A stretch of 62,587 nucleotides of DNA, filler included, from a bacterium (GTDB lineage: Bacteria > JAMOTN01), in assembly GCA_027062325.1 (NCBI GenBank). It is 7 parts of 7 records of this genome, joined end to end, with 100 filler letters (N's around TTAATTAATTAA, not from the genome) between each part and the next. Parts side by side here need not be neighbours in the genome. Positions count along the whole stretch, not along the records: positions 1 to 10,450 come from JAMOTN010000021.1; 6 more parts are not named here. One strand, 5' to 3'. Positions within the stretch are counted from its first letter, which is position 1, and every line of letters starts with the position of its first letter. Positions 1 through 10,255 of the stretch are shown here, one piece after another. Below the pieces are notes generated by a model. It was not told the origin of the DNA. It saw only the letters and a list, made by a program, of their open reading frames with translations, and searched no databases. The translations under genes and the position numbers were made by a program.

Positions 1-155
1 GTGTGAAAAAATTTGAAAAGTTGCTCAAATACTTTATCAGCAAGCGATTATACAGTGGTTTTTCACCAATTATTAAATTTATGGAAAATGCAGAGCTTCC
101 ACTTCAAGGAGCTGCACTTTACCCTGCAGTTTTAAAAGTAGAACAAGGAGAGTGA
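1..155 (+). CDS. ROK family sugar kinase, C-terminal fragment (continuation of 37857..38697)
   Basis: nt 1-27 are identical to 38671-38697. Frame 3 reads VKKFEKLLKYFISKRLYSGFSPIIKFMENAELPLQGAALYPAVLKVEQGE* (TGA 153-155), with the ROK C-terminal GAA motif. Not in the ORF track. Confidence 0.85.
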   Translation, partial: VKKFEKLLKYFISKRLYSGFSPIIKFMENAELPLQGAALYPAVLKVEQGE

Positions 156-160
156 TAAAG

Positions 161-2203
161 ATGGATAAGCTCAAGTTGGTTTTGGTATTTCATTGTCATC
201 AGCCGGTTGGGAACCATGATCACGTATTTGAAGCGGTTTACCGTGTATCTTACGGCCCCCTTCTTGATGTATTGGCAAAGAGTGGAATAAAATTTGGAAT
301 TCACTATACTGGGCCGCTTCTACTTTGGCTTGAGAAGAATAAGCCGGATTACTTAGAAAGGTTGAAAGAGGTTGTTGAATCAGGAAGAGCTGAAGTACTT
401 GGGGGTTCATTTTGGGAGTCTATACTTTCAGTTTGGCGGGAGAAGGACAGTTTATTTCAACTTGAGCGCATGAATTCTTACCTTCAAGATAAATTTGGGA
501 TTAAGCCACGTGGTATGTGGCTTGCAGAAAGAATTTGGGAGCAATTTTTGCCGGCGTGGATTGTTAAAGTTGGAATTGACTACACGTTAGTTGATGATTG
601 GCACTTTAAAATGGCTGGTTTGAAGCAAGAGGATTTAAAAAGTTATTTCTTAACAGAGCACGAGGGAGAAAAATTGGCAGTTTTCCCTATTGATCAGAAT
701 TTGCGTTACATGATACCTTATGCAACTCCTGATGAAATAGCCTCTTATTTGAAGCAACTTTACGATTCTGGTGTAAAGGTGGCTCTTATGGGAGATGACG
801 GAGAGAAGTTTGGGGCATGGCCTGGAACTTATGAGCATGTTTATGAAAACGGGTGGTTTATGCAGTTCTTTGATAAGGTAAATTCGCTGGACTTTGTTGA
901 GTTTGCCACTCCTTCTGAGGTTTTGGATACGGTGAGTGCTGCGGGATATGTTTACCTTCCAAATGCAAGTTACTATGAGATGACAGAATGGGCTCAACCT
1001 GCACCTGTTCAGAGGAAACAGGAGGAGTTTCAGGATAAATTAAAGGAGATTGGTTTATGGGAAGAGTATAAGACTTTTGTAAAGGGCGGTTTTTGGCGTA
1101 ACTTCTTTGTTAAGTATCCAGAGAGTAATGATATTCACAAGCGAGTGATTCAAGTTTCGAAGTTATTGGATGAGGTAGGGGTTGAGAGATTTGAAAGGGA
1201 TGATTTGTTAGCAGCTCAGTGTAATTGTGCCTACTGGCACGGGTTGTTTGGTGGGGTTTATGTGACCCACTTGAGAAATGCGCTGTGGCAGAATTTGGCG
1301 CGTGCTGAGAAGCGCTTGGCTGTACGCCAGGTTGAGGAGGATATAGATTGCGATGGAAAAAAAGAGGTGCAGGTGAAGAGGGAAGATTACGTTGCTACTT
1401 TGAAACCTGCGCGTGGAGGAGCAATGTTTGAACTTTTGGATTTAAATGGAGAGAAGAATTGGTTTGGAGTGGTTTCAAGACGCTATGAAGCGTATCACGA
1501 CAAGGTTAGCCGAGCTGTTCTTGCTTCAGAAGCAAGGGAGGTCAAAAGCATACACGATCTTGTGCTTGCTAAGGAAAAGGGATTAGAACGCTACTTAACT
1601 TATGATTGGCACAGAAGAGTTGGTTTTGTGGATCATGTTTTGCATCCTTCTACAACACTTGATACGTATGCTGCTGTTTCGTATGGAGAGCAGAGTGATT
1701 TCACAATTGAGCCTTTTGAGTATGAATTTAGGGGTAATGAGTTAATATTATGGAGAAATGGGCATGTTTGGGTTGATGATAAGTTTTTACCTACGCTTAT
1801 TGCCAAACATTTCAAATTTAATGATGGCGGATTTGAAGTGGAGTATAAGCTGCAAAATACTTCTAATCAGCCTATAGAGTATTGGTTTGGAGTGGAGACT
1901 ACACTCTTTATACTGTGGGATATGCCGCTTATTGCTGGGGAAAATTCTTATCCAAGAAATCAGAAGTGGGAGGTTAGAACGACAGAGCTAAAAGCCCAAG
2001 ATATTGGGGGCGAAGCTGAGCTAAAGTTTAGACTCTCTCAGGAAGCACTTTTATGGCACTTCCCAGTATGGGTGGTTTCGATGTCTGAAGCTGGATTTGA
2101 AAAAAACTTGCAAGGAAATAGTTTATTGTGGTCATGGCGTTTCATGTTGAATCCTTATGAGGATTGGAAGGTGCGGTTTGAGGTGGGGTTGAAAGGGAGT
2201 TAG
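161..2203 (+). CDS. GH57 family 4-alpha-glucanotransferase/alpha-amylase
   Basis: GH57 motifs HCHQP, GMWLAERIW (Glu nucleophile), DDGEKFG (Asp acid/base), AQCNCAYWHG. AAGGAG at 145-150 favours ATG 161 over GTG 152. Confidence 0.92.
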   Translation: MDKLKLVLVFHCHQPVGNHDHVFEAVYRVSYGPLLDVLAKSGIKFGIHYTGPLLLWLEKNKPDYLERLKEVVESGRAEVLGGSFWESILSVWREKDSLFQLERMNSYLQDKFGIKPRGMWLAERIWEQFLPAWIVKVGIDYTLVDDWHFKMAGLKQEDLKSYFLTEHEGEKLAVFPIDQNLRYMIPYATPDEIASYLKQLYDSGVKVALMGDDGEKFGAWPGTYEHVYENGWFMQFFDKVNSLDFVEFATPSEVLDTVSAAGYVYLPNASYYEMTEWAQPAPVQRKQEEFQDKLKEIGLWEEYKTFVKGGFWRNFFVKYPESNDIHKRVIQVSKLLDEVGVERFERDDLLAAQCNCAYWHGLFGGVYVTHLRNALWQNLARAEKRLAVRQVEEDIDCDGKKEVQVKREDYVATLKPARGGAMFELLDLNGEKNWFGVVSRRYEAYHDKVSRAVLASEAREVKSIHDLVLAKEKGLERYLTYDWHRRVGFVDHVLHPSTTLDTYAAVSYGEQSDFTIEPFEYEFRGNELILWRNGHVWVDDKFLPTLIAKHFKFNDGGFEVEYKLQNTSNQPIEYWFGVETTLFILWDMPLIAGENSYPRNQKWEVRTTELKAQDIGGEAELKFRLSQEALLWHFPVWVVSMSEAGFEKNLQGNSLLWSWRFMLNPYEDWKVRFEVGLKGS

Positions 2204-2252
2204 AATAGGTGTTTGGGTTGTAGAGAAGCAAAAAAAATGGATTTTCGTTAAA

Positions 2253-2522
2253 ATGGAGTTAGATATGGTGGAAAGAAGAGTATTTGTGGGTAAAGCAATC
2301 CACGCGCGTCCAGCCATGATGATTGTGGAGTTGGCCAATACTTTTTTGTCTCAGATTTGGTTAAGAAAAGGGGATATAACTGTAAATGCAAAAAGTGTGC
2401 TTGGGGTGTTGATGCTTGCGGCGGCTGAGGGAGATTATCTAGATGTAATTGCTGAAGGACCGGATGAAGAGAAGGCTGTTGAAGCTTTAAGTGATTTTAT
2501 TGCTACATTGGAGGTGGAGTGA
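2253..2522 (+). CDS. ptsH: HPr family phosphocarrier protein
   Basis: 89 aa; IHARPA (His15 site), NAKSVLGVLML (Ser46 site), AEGPDE. Confidence 0.9.
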   Translation: MELDMVERRVFVGKAIHARPAMMIVELANTFLSQIWLRKGDITVNAKSVLGVLMLAAAEGDYLDVIAEGPDEEKAVEALSDFIATLEVE

Positions 2523-3347
2523 ATGGGTGGAATGATAGTTGTAGTAATTCTAGGATTGTGGATTTTAAGCAGCATGATAAAAATTGTTCCCGAATATGAA
2601 AGGATGGTTGTTTTTAGACTGGGACGCTACATTGGGGTTTCAGGACCTGGGTTGGTTTTTTTACTTCCTTTTATAGATGAGGGAAGAAGGATCGATATGC
2701 GTGTTTTAGCAATGGACGTTCCTCAGCAGGATATTATTACCAAGGATAATGTTAGTGTCCGTGTTGATGCAGTTGTTTATATGAAAGTTGTGGATCCTGC
2801 TAAAGCAATTTTGCAAGTTGAAGATTACGACTATGCAACCAGCCAGCTTGCTCAAACAACTTTGAGAAGTGTAATAGGTGAGATGGAACTTGATGAAGTT
2901 TTGGCAAATCGTGAGAGGATAAACAGCCGATTGCAGGAAATACTTGACAGAGAAACTGATCCTTGGGGGATAAAGGTTATCTCTGTTGAGGTTAAAAAAG
3001 TTGATTTGCCGGAGAGTATGCAACGCGTTATGGCGCGTCAGGCTGAGGCAGAGCGTGAAAGAAGGGCAAAGATATTGGCTGCAGAAGGAGAGCTTCAAGC
3101 TGCGGATAAGTTGAAGAAGGCTGCAGAGATGTTGAAAGATCCTGTGGCCATGCAGATTAGGTACTTGCAAACTCTTACTGCTATTGCTAATGAAGTGAAA
3201 AGTCAGCTTATAGTATTTCCAATTCCTATAGAGCTACTTACAATGTTTAAGAAAAATGCGGGTGAGATAAAATCTGGAAAGGTCGTCAAAGTGGTTCACA
3301 AAAATAATAATACTACTCAAAGTCATCAAGATCATTCTGAATCGTAA
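2523..3347 (+). CDS. SPFH/Band 7 stomatin-like (slipin) protein
   Basis: N-terminal [53 protein letters not shown]. Confidence 0.92.
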   Translation: MGGMIVVVILGLWILSSMIKIVPEYERMVVFRLGRYIGVSGPGLVFLLPFIDEGRRIDMRVLAMDVPQQDIITKDNVSVRVDAVVYMKVVDPAKAILQVEDYDYATSQLAQTTLRSVIGEMELDEVLANRERINSRLQEILDRETDPWGIKVISVEVKKVDLPESMQRVMARQAEAERERRAKILAAEGELQAADKLKKAAEMLKDPVAMQIRYLQTLTAIANEVKSQLIVFPIPIELLTMFKKNAGEIKSGKVVKVVHKNNNTTQSHQDHSES

Positions 3348-3392
3348 GGAAGACTTTTAAGGCGTTTAAACTGCTTAAAGAACTCTTTAGGA

Positions 3393-4442
3393 GTGGAGGT
3401 TATGGATGCTAAGATTGGGCAAACTGTAAAGGGATTTGATGAGGTATTTAAAGAAGGTAATGAAATTATATTGAGAATGTATCCTCTTAGAATGTGGGGG
3501 TTGTGTAGTGTTATTTTGGGAGTAGGGTTAATGATTCTTGCAGGTTCCTATTTGTTTGGAGGAATAATAACGGCATTGGGGGTATGGCTTTATACTATAA
3601 CTCATGAGTGGAGGGTGGATATTAATCAAAGGGTAGTTAAATTGCCTGATGGAAGGGCTTTGAGAATAGAACCTCCTATAAGGACAATTCACATATCTGG
3701 ATCTGTTGAATATAAACAAAGTTGGTTGTCAGAAAGGGAGTATGCTGTTTTTTGGTTTGATGTTGTTTTAGTGGGGGAGACTCCAGCTTACCAATATAAA
3801 GTTGGTACCTTTGAAGGTTTTTTACAAGCTAAGCAGATTGCAGAGGTCATTGCAAAAGTTGGAGGATTGACCCTTTATGTTGTGATGGAAGATGAGGAAG
3901 TCGAGGTTCCCCCGCAGTATCTTGATGCAAATATCATAGAGAGATTAAAGTTGGGAATAGTGGAAGTAGATGAAAGTGTGTTAGCTACAGTAGTTCCTGA
4001 TAATGTAACTGAAGATCACAAGATGCTTGAGATAACTCTACATCCTTATGCGGGACACAAAGAAGTTTTGGATATGCTGAGTTTGGCTTCTATTGGAGTT
4101 GGAGTCTTGAGTTGTATGGACAATGGTCTGCCAGGTTTATTCATAGCGGGGCTTGGATTCAGTTTGATTTTCAAGGGATTGGGCTACATTGCAGCAGGGT
4201 GGAAGGGAATAGTGTATGTTGATGTTGTGAATAAAGAGATTGGCTTGAAGGGAGCTTTTGGAAAGAAGAGTTTAAAACTGGATGAGGTGGAAGAAATTTG
4301 GGTTACTCCTTTTGAAAATAATTGGATACTTATAACTTCTGATTTTGATGCTATATACGGTTATTTTACTACAGAGAATGAGGCTCAATGGGTTGTTGAG
4401 AAGATTAAACATTACATATTAAATTATGTTGTTAAAGGATGA
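3393..4442 (+). CDS. hypothetical membrane protein (two TM-hairpin + beta-domain modules)
   Basis: 349-aa ORF with RBS. Two pairs of hydrophobic helices, each followed by a beta-rich segment. Stop overlaps the next ORF. Confidence 0.7.
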   Translation: MEVMDAKIGQTVKGFDEVFKEGNEIILRMYPLRMWGLCSVILGVGLMILAGSYLFGGIITALGVWLYTITHEWRVDINQRVVKLPDGRALRIEPPIRTIHISGSVEYKQSWLSEREYAVFWFDVVLVGETPAYQYKVGTFEGFLQAKQIAEVIAKVGGLTLYVVMEDEEVEVPPQYLDANIIERLKLGIVEVDESVLATVVPDNVTEDHKMLEITLHPYAGHKEVLDMLSLASIGVGVLSCMDNGLPGLFIAGLGFSLIFKGLGYIAAGWKGIVYVDVVNKEIGLKGAFGKKSLKLDEVEEIWVTPFENNWILITSDFDAIYGYFTTENEAQWVVEKIKHYILNYVVKG

Positions 4443-4471
4443 TGAAAAGTCAAAATGATGGAGGGATTTTT

Positions 4472-5707
4472 ATGAAGAGAATGGCTGATATCGTTTTTGT
4501 ATGTGATTTGACTATTTCTATGAAAGCTTTTTTAGATGCATTTGTAAAAAGAATTCCAGTGTTGGCTCAGAGAATGACAGCAGATGGAATAGATTGGCAG
4601 ATAGGATTTGTAGGGTATGGAGATTTGAAAAAGGGAGATCCATTCATTGTTCACCCGCTGACTCGAGATATTAATTCAGTTGTATCAAAGATTGTCAGTG
4701 CTCCAACCTTTGAGGGAGGAGATATACCTGAGTCAACTTTAGATGCAATTCAAGAAGCTGTAAAACTTTTTAATGTAAATGATGACTTAAGAGATTTTAA
4801 GCCTGTGCGTCCGGAGGCGGATAGAGTTCTTATAGTGTTTACTGATTCACCTCCACACTTACCTGATGAAAATGGGTTCTGGGAGGATTTCACCGTAGAT
4901 GTTTTGAAGTGGACTAGGACTGCGTGTTTCATAGTGGGGCCGCATGTTAGTGCTTATGAGAAAATTGCGAATGAGACAGGTGGTAAGCTTTGGCCTATTA
5001 AAGAAGGTTTCTCAGTTGAAGAGATATTGCAAGTTGTTGATGGTTTACCTGAAACCGTGGGAACTATCAAGCTTCCTTGGTTTGGTAGTAAAGAGATTGA
5101 GAATCCATTTATAAGATTGGGCAAAAAGGTTAAGGTTGATGACATAGAGGCAAAGGAGGGGATAGATGTTGTAATTCTTTTTGATACGTCAGGAAGTATG
5201 GGAGAAGTTTTAGAAAATGTCAAGAAAAGTGCAGCAGCTTTTGTGCATAAGTTGTCTGAAAAAGCTAAGAAGTGGAGGATAGGAATAGTCGAGTTTTTCA
5301 ATTGGAATGGAATAAGATGGAGAGTTTATCCAATGGTTGACAACGAAGAAGATTTTCTCAAGAACTTTAAAAAGGTTACTCTTAAGATAAAAAGTGTATT
5401 CTGGGGAGAGAAGGGAAGTACCAAAATTCTTGAAGAGGCAATAAAACTTGTAAAAGATAGCAACGCTACCAAGGTTTTTATTCTGATAACAGATGGTCCT
5501 GATCTTGATAAGCCGCACGAAAGAGAAGAGGAGATACCCCTGATGGAGAAGCTGCTGAAAGAGAACAACATTGTTTTATTTGCAGTTGCTCCAAATGTGC
5601 CGCGTTATCACAGACTTTGTGAAGCTACGGGTGGCAAATTCTACGATTTGTATGAGGCTCAGGGTAGAGTTGATCTGGTAGCAATTGCAGATGCTATAAA
5701 GCAGTAA
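4472..5707 (+). CDS. tandem von Willebrand factor A (vWA) domain protein
   Basis: Two vWA units: DIVFVCDLTISM...FTDSPPH and DVVILFDTSGSM...ITDGP, each ending in TGG. Start at ATG 4472 after GGAGG; the ORF track starts at 4439. Confidence 0.85.
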   Translation: MKRMADIVFVCDLTISMKAFLDAFVKRIPVLAQRMTADGIDWQIGFVGYGDLKKGDPFIVHPLTRDINSVVSKIVSAPTFEGGDIPESTLDAIQEAVKLFNVNDDLRDFKPVRPEADRVLIVFTDSPPHLPDENGFWEDFTVDVLKWTRTACFIVGPHVSAYEKIANETGGKLWPIKEGFSVEEILQVVDGLPETVGTIKLPWFGSKEIENPFIRLGKKVKVDDIEAKEGIDVVILFDTSGSMGEVLENVKKSAAAFVHKLSEKAKKWRIGIVEFFNWNGIRWRVYPMVDNEEDFLKNFKKVTLKIKSVFWGEKGSTKILEEAIKLVKDSNATKVFILITDGPDLDKPHEREEEIPLMEKLLKENNIVLFAVAPNVPRYHRLCEATGGKFYDLYEAQGRVDLVAIADAIKQ

Positions 5708-5713
5708 GGGGGC

Positions 5714-6151
5714 GTGTTGATGGTTGCTTTCAAAAGTTTTAAGAAGAGCTATAATGTTTTCATAGATGGTAAGGAGGGTTTTTTAGATATAACGCCTCAA
5801 ATTGAAGAGGCTATAAGAGAGAGTGAGGTTAAAGAGGGGTTTGCGGTTGTTTATAACATGCATACTTCATCTGCCATATTTATTACAGATTCGGATAGAG
5901 AACTTGTGCTTGATATTATGGATGCTTTAAGAGAGGCAATTCCTGATTTAGCTTACCGTCACGATGAAGTTGATTATAAGAAAAATGCATTGGGACACAT
6001 TAAAAGTGCTCTGTTGGGAGTGTCTATTTTGTTGCCTATTACTGATGGAAAGTGGGATAGAGGTCATTATCACCGTGTATATTACGTTGATTTTGACGCG
6101 GGAAGAGAGAAAAGTTACTTTGTAAAGGTTGTTGGGAGTATTGAAGGATAA
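5714..6151 (+). CDS. YjbQ/UPF0047 family protein
   Basis: DITPQI, HTSSAI, YRHD, NALGHIKSALLG, DFDAGR match the YjbQ pattern. Confidence 0.85.
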   Translation: MLMVAFKSFKKSYNVFIDGKEGFLDITPQIEEAIRESEVKEGFAVVYNMHTSSAIFITDSDRELVLDIMDALREAIPDLAYRHDEVDYKKNALGHIKSALLGVSILLPITDGKWDRGHYHRVYYVDFDAGREKSYFVKVVGSIEG

Positions 6152-6193
6152 GGAGAGTTTGAAATGCAGAAATTTGAAGAGGGGGGAGGATTT

Positions 6194-7318
6194 ATGAAGA
6201 AAATTTTTACCTTGGCTTTAGTGGGAATTTTATGCGTTTATTCATTGGGATTTGCTTTTGATATTGTGATTTTTGGAGATAATCGTCCACATAATCAAGG
6301 AGAGCCGCAGCGTCCAGTGTTTAAACAGATATTGAAGGAGACTAATTACTGGAGACCTGACTTTTGCATAAATGTTGGAGATATTGTTCAAGGTTACACT
6401 AGGGATGATGCTCTTTTTGAGTGGGAGTATCGCGATTATATTGGCACTATAGCAAATTTAAAGGTTCCTATATATCATGTTGCTGGAAATCACGAAATTT
6501 GTTGGGGAGCAGGTAGAAGACTTTACAGCAAGTATATTGGTCAAACTTACTATTACATTGATCACAAGGGTTTTAGATTTATATTTTTATTCACAGATGA
6601 TGCTAACAAATGCAATTATGTATCAATAGAGCAGTATAAATGGTTAGTTGATACTTTGAATGAAGCCCAAAAGAAAAGTTTGACCCCGGTCGTTTTTATG
6701 CACAGACCTATTTTTACTCCGCTTCGTGGAGAGAAAAAAGGTTATGGTGCTAGTGGAGGCATAGAAGGATCTAGTTGGGGGATAGGATGGAAGGATAAAG
6801 CTATGGCAAAGGCCATTCATAAACTTTTTGTTAAATATGGAGTAAAGCATGTATTTGCGGGACATGAACACATGTTTGCTCACGCAGTTATAGATGGTGT
6901 TAATTACTGGATAACAGGTGGTGCTGGAGCTCCATTATATCCTACTCCAGAGAAAGGAGGATTTTTCCATTATCTACTTGCCAAGTTTGATGAGAAAACG
7001 AAAAATGTTGATGTAACAGTGATTCTTCCGTGGAGTTTGAATGCTACGGTAAAACAAGTTGGGAACGTAGCAGAGATAAATTTTGATAACAGGCTAAATG
7101 AACAGGCTTTCAGCAAGTTGCATCCATCTTTCTATGTTGATGTTGAAATGCCACCGTTTGAAAAATATGTTGTAAAAAGTGCAACTTGTGATGCTAAAAT
7201 AGTGAACATTAAAGATTCTCCAACTCAAAACGGGAAGATATTGACAGTAAGAATTACGCCAAATCCAGGACGTTGGTTCCAGAAAGTGGTGGAAAAAGTG
7301 GTGGTCGTAGGTAAGTGA
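6194..7318 (+). CDS. exported calcineurin-like metallophosphoesterase
   Basis: Signal peptide MKKIFTLALVGILCVYSLGFA; metal motifs FGDNR, VGDIV, GNHE, MHRP, AGHEH. Confidence 0.88.
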   Translation: MKKIFTLALVGILCVYSLGFAFDIVIFGDNRPHNQGEPQRPVFKQILKETNYWRPDFCINVGDIVQGYTRDDALFEWEYRDYIGTIANLKVPIYHVAGNHEICWGAGRRLYSKYIGQTYYYIDHKGFRFIFLFTDDANKCNYVSIEQYKWLVDTLNEAQKKSLTPVVFMHRPIFTPLRGEKKGYGASGGIEGSSWGIGWKDKAMAKAIHKLFVKYGVKHVFAGHEHMFAHAVIDGVNYWITGGAGAPLYPTPEKGGFFHYLLAKFDEKTKNVDVTVILPWSLNATVKQVGNVAEINFDNRLNEQAFSKLHPSFYVDVEMPPFEKYVVKSATCDAKIVNIKDSPTQNGKILTVRITPNPGRWFQKVVEKVVVVGK

Positions 7319-7361
7319 TAATTTTACTACTGCCTAAACACTTTTTTGAGGAGGGTTTCAG

Positions 7362-8078
7362 ATGCCAGGGCGTAGAAGAACCATAGTAGTAAAGCAAGAG
7401 TTCCAATTTAGATTCGCAATTATGTTGATAGTATTAGTAGTTATAGTTGCCAACTTGATGGGGGGAATGGTGTATCTGTTTTTAACAAATAAGCCGTTTC
7501 TTAGGTGGTTAGCTGACATGTTTTACCTTGTTGATGAAGAAGATGCAATACTACCTGCTATTTTGCTTGTTGAGGCTATATGTATACTCGTAGTTGGTTT
7601 CATAAGTATCTATGTTTCTCATGCAATGGCGGGGCCTGTATATCGTTTAGAAAAAGAGATAAAGGCTATAGCAGAAGGAGACTTGTCACACTTTATTCGT
7701 TTGAGAAAAGGAGATGAGTTTGTAGAGCTTGCCGATGCCCTTAACTACTTAATAGAACAGTATAGAGAAAGGTTGATGTTTATAAAAGAAAAGGTGGATT
7801 CTATTCTCAACTCGTCTAATCTTGAGGAGGCAAAGGATTTTGCAGGAGATGTAGCGGCAATTTTGGAAACATTCGTGTTTGAGAGAGAAGAGGTTAAGGA
7901 GGAAACAACTTTGGAAGAAAATGCTGTTAAAGTAAGCGGGGATTCAAAGAGAAGTGATGATGTGATGTTGGAGAAAGAAGCTGAAGAGAGTAAGATTAAG
8001 GAAAATGGTAGGGGTAGGTCGAAAAAGTCTGGCAAAAGTTCTAGAAGGGGTCGTAAAAGTAGGAAAAAGAAGAGCTAA
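7362..8078 (+). CDS. two-TM HAMP domain protein without output domain
   Basis: Two TM helices, SHAMAGPVYRLE...GDLS..IRLRKGDEF.ELADALN (HAMP), basic C-terminal tail. Paralog of 50690..51337. Confidence 0.8.
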   Translation: MPGRRRTIVVKQEFQFRFAIMLIVLVVIVANLMGGMVYLFLTNKPFLRWLADMFYLVDEEDAILPAILLVEAICILVVGFISIYVSHAMAGPVYRLEKEIKAIAEGDLSHFIRLRKGDEFVELADALNYLIEQYRERLMFIKEKVDSILNSSNLEEAKDFAGDVAAILETFVFEREEVKEETTLEENAVKVSGDSKRSDDVMLEKEAEESKIKENGRGRSKKSGKSSRRGRKSRKKKS

Positions 8079-8124
8079 AATTTATAAAATTTGTGGTTTT
8101 TAATATGAATAGGAGAGGATAGGT

Positions 8125-8874
8125 ATGAACTGTCCGGTGTGTGGTAGATTCATTGGAAATTATGTCAGATGTCCTTACTGTGGAGCATACGTACAGGATA
8201 GGAAACCTGTGTTTTGGTTAAGGATTTTGAGCATACTTATGATTTTGGTTGGATTTGCAGGAGTGCTGTACTTTTATCAGAACACTCCTGTGAAGTTGGT
8301 TAAGGCCTCTGAGTTAAAAGAAGTTATGAATTTTGCTTATGCTAGATTGAAGGGAAGGATTGTCAGAGTTGGATTTTATTCTGGAAGTGCTACTATATTA
8401 CTCGACGATGGTTCTGGAAGAATAATAAGGATAAATGCCTACTCAAATGTTGCGAATAAACTAAAAGCTAAGGGAATTGATGTTGGTTGTGAGGTGGATG
8501 TTGTAGGGCAAGTCAGATGGATGTCTGGAGATGTGAGGCTTTACCTTACTAATGCTGATGACTTTAAAATTTTGAGTTGCCCAGAAAAAAGTTACGTTAC
8601 TCTTTCTGAAGTTTTTAAAGAGAAAATTGGAAGTCGAGTTTTGGTGAAGGGGAAACTGAAGTTTGAGAGAGATTTAGCTGGAAAAGGTTTTGCCTATAGT
8701 CTCTATGAAGAAAACTCTGCGGCTTCTCCTGTTGCCTTGAAGGTTATATTTTGGAAAAATAGCTTTGATATTGGAAAAAGTTTAGATGGAAAAATTGTTG
8801 AGATAAGTGGTGTGATTAAGGATTATAAGGGAGAACGTGAAATCATAGTTTCTGACTTTAAGATTTTGGAGTAA
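8125..8874 (+). CDS. Zn-ribbon/TM/double OB-fold nucleic-acid-binding protein
   Basis: CPVCG...CPYCG, one TM helix, then two OB-like units (RLKGRIV...LLDDGSGRII...VDVVGQV and VLVKGKL...VEISGVIKDYKGEREII). Confidence 0.75.
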   Translation: MNCPVCGRFIGNYVRCPYCGAYVQDRKPVFWLRILSILMILVGFAGVLYFYQNTPVKLVKASELKEVMNFAYARLKGRIVRVGFYSGSATILLDDGSGRIIRINAYSNVANKLKAKGIDVGCEVDVVGQVRWMSGDVRLYLTNADDFKILSCPEKSYVTLSEVFKEKIGSRVLVKGKLKFERDLAGKGFAYSLYEENSAASPVALKVIFWKNSFDIGKSLDGKIVEISGVIKDYKGEREIIVSDFKILE

Positions 8875-8930
8875 AGTTTGAAATTTTTGGTTTATGAGTG
8901 TCAGAGGTTTAACAGCGAGGGGGAAGATAA

Positions 8931-10238
8931 GTGGAAGTGCTGCATTATTTGGGAGCTTGGTTGGCTGGCATGCTCATAGGAATAGCCTCAGGGGTTTTCC
9001 CAGCACTACACGTTTACAACATATTCGGTTTTGTGGTGCTAGTAATACTCAAATTCAGTCTCAGTTGGAAGTTGATCTTGACTTTTGCAGTTGCACTGAT
9101 AACTGCTTACTGTTTTTCAAATACGATTTCTAGCGTATTTTTTTCGCTGCCTGATGAAAGTACAGCATTCATGGTTTTACCTGCTGCTAAAATGTTGGCG
9201 CGGGGAAGAGGTTATGAGGCTGTTGTCATGACTAATATTGGAGCTTTGTTAGGGCTTGCTTTTTTTGCAGTTGTGATATATCTTGCTACTCCTCAATTGT
9301 ATTTACTCCACGGAGTACTTAGGGATTTAACTCCTGAAATACTTCTGGTAATTTTAGTTTACTTGGTTGTTCAAGAGTGGCCCAAGTTTTTTGAAGGGAG
9401 AAAAACGGGATTTGCTTTGTTTTTAGAGGGGATGAAGTCGATACTTGCAGGAATATTTGTATGGATTGCGTCTGGACTGCTTGGGTTTTACATTCTAAAC
9501 AAGACACTTGTGCCTTCAGAATGGGCATTTCAAGGATTGATGCCGGCTTTTGTAGGATTTTTTGCTGTGCCTTGGTTGATATTCAACATAGTAGCTCCGC
9601 ATTTGAAAAGTGAACAGTATGTACCTGATGATGTTGAAGTTGATGGTGAAACTATGGGGGCTTCAGTAGTAGCAGGGACTTTAGCTGGTTCACTAGCAGC
9701 GTATTTGCCAATTATTACAGGGGGAATGGCGGGAGTGTTGGCTGGGCACACTTTAGCTTCGCGTTCAAGTCGCGTTTTTATGGTTTCTTATGGAGCTAGT
9801 AAAACTATATACTACGTAGGAGCTTTGATTGTCTCTCTTGTTCCAACCATTTATCTTACGAGAGGCGGTCTTGCTTGGATGTTAGCTCCTTTTAAAGTTG
9901 AGTACAGTCCTTCAGACTTTGGTTTTGCTCTTGGTCTAATGCTTTTGACTGCTGGATTTTCATTTTTAATAGTTGATTATTTGGCTCGTTTAATTGCCAG
10001 GATATACCATAGGTTAAATATAAGTTTGATCTCTGTTATTTTATTGGTTTTAATAACAGGGGTTGTTTACTTTATTGCTTCAGTACAGGGATTGGTAATA
10101 ATGATTGCAGCAACTGGTATTGGAATATTTGCTGTAGTGTTCAATACTCGACGACTTAACTGTATGGGAGTTTTGTTAATACCGGTTGTTTTCAATATGT
10201 TTGGGTGGACAGATTATTTGAGAGAATGGCTGTTTTAA
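8931..10238 (+). CDS. TctA-like (archaeal-type, COG1784-like) polytopic permease
   Basis: 435 aa, about 12 TM helices; GIASGVFPALH, SVFFSLPDESTAFMVLPAAKMLARGRGYEAV resemble the short archaeal TctA family. Confidence 0.75.
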   Translation: MEVLHYLGAWLAGMLIGIASGVFPALHVYNIFGFVVLVILKFSLSWKLILTFAVALITAYCFSNTISSVFFSLPDESTAFMVLPAAKMLARGRGYEAVVMTNIGALLGLAFFAVVIYLATPQLYLLHGVLRDLTPEILLVILVYLVVQEWPKFFEGRKTGFALFLEGMKSILAGIFVWIASGLLGFYILNKTLVPSEWAFQGLMPAFVGFFAVPWLIFNIVAPHLKSEQYVPDDVEVDGETMGASVVAGTLAGSLAAYLPIITGGMAGVLAGHTLASRSSRVFMVSYGASKTIYYVGALIVSLVPTIYLTRGGLAWMLAPFKVEYSPSDFGFALGLMLLTAGFSFLIVDYLARLIARIYHRLNISLISVILLVLITGVVYFIASVQGLVIMIAATGIGIFAVVFNTRRLNCMGVLLIPVVFNMFGWTDYLREWLF

Positions 10239-10255
10239 GTTGTGGGGGGATTTAA

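Noticed and set aside
8894-9133. 79-aa ORF overlapping the start of the TctA-like gene
   Set aside because: Out-of-frame overlap with a well-supported membrane protein; no recognisable features.
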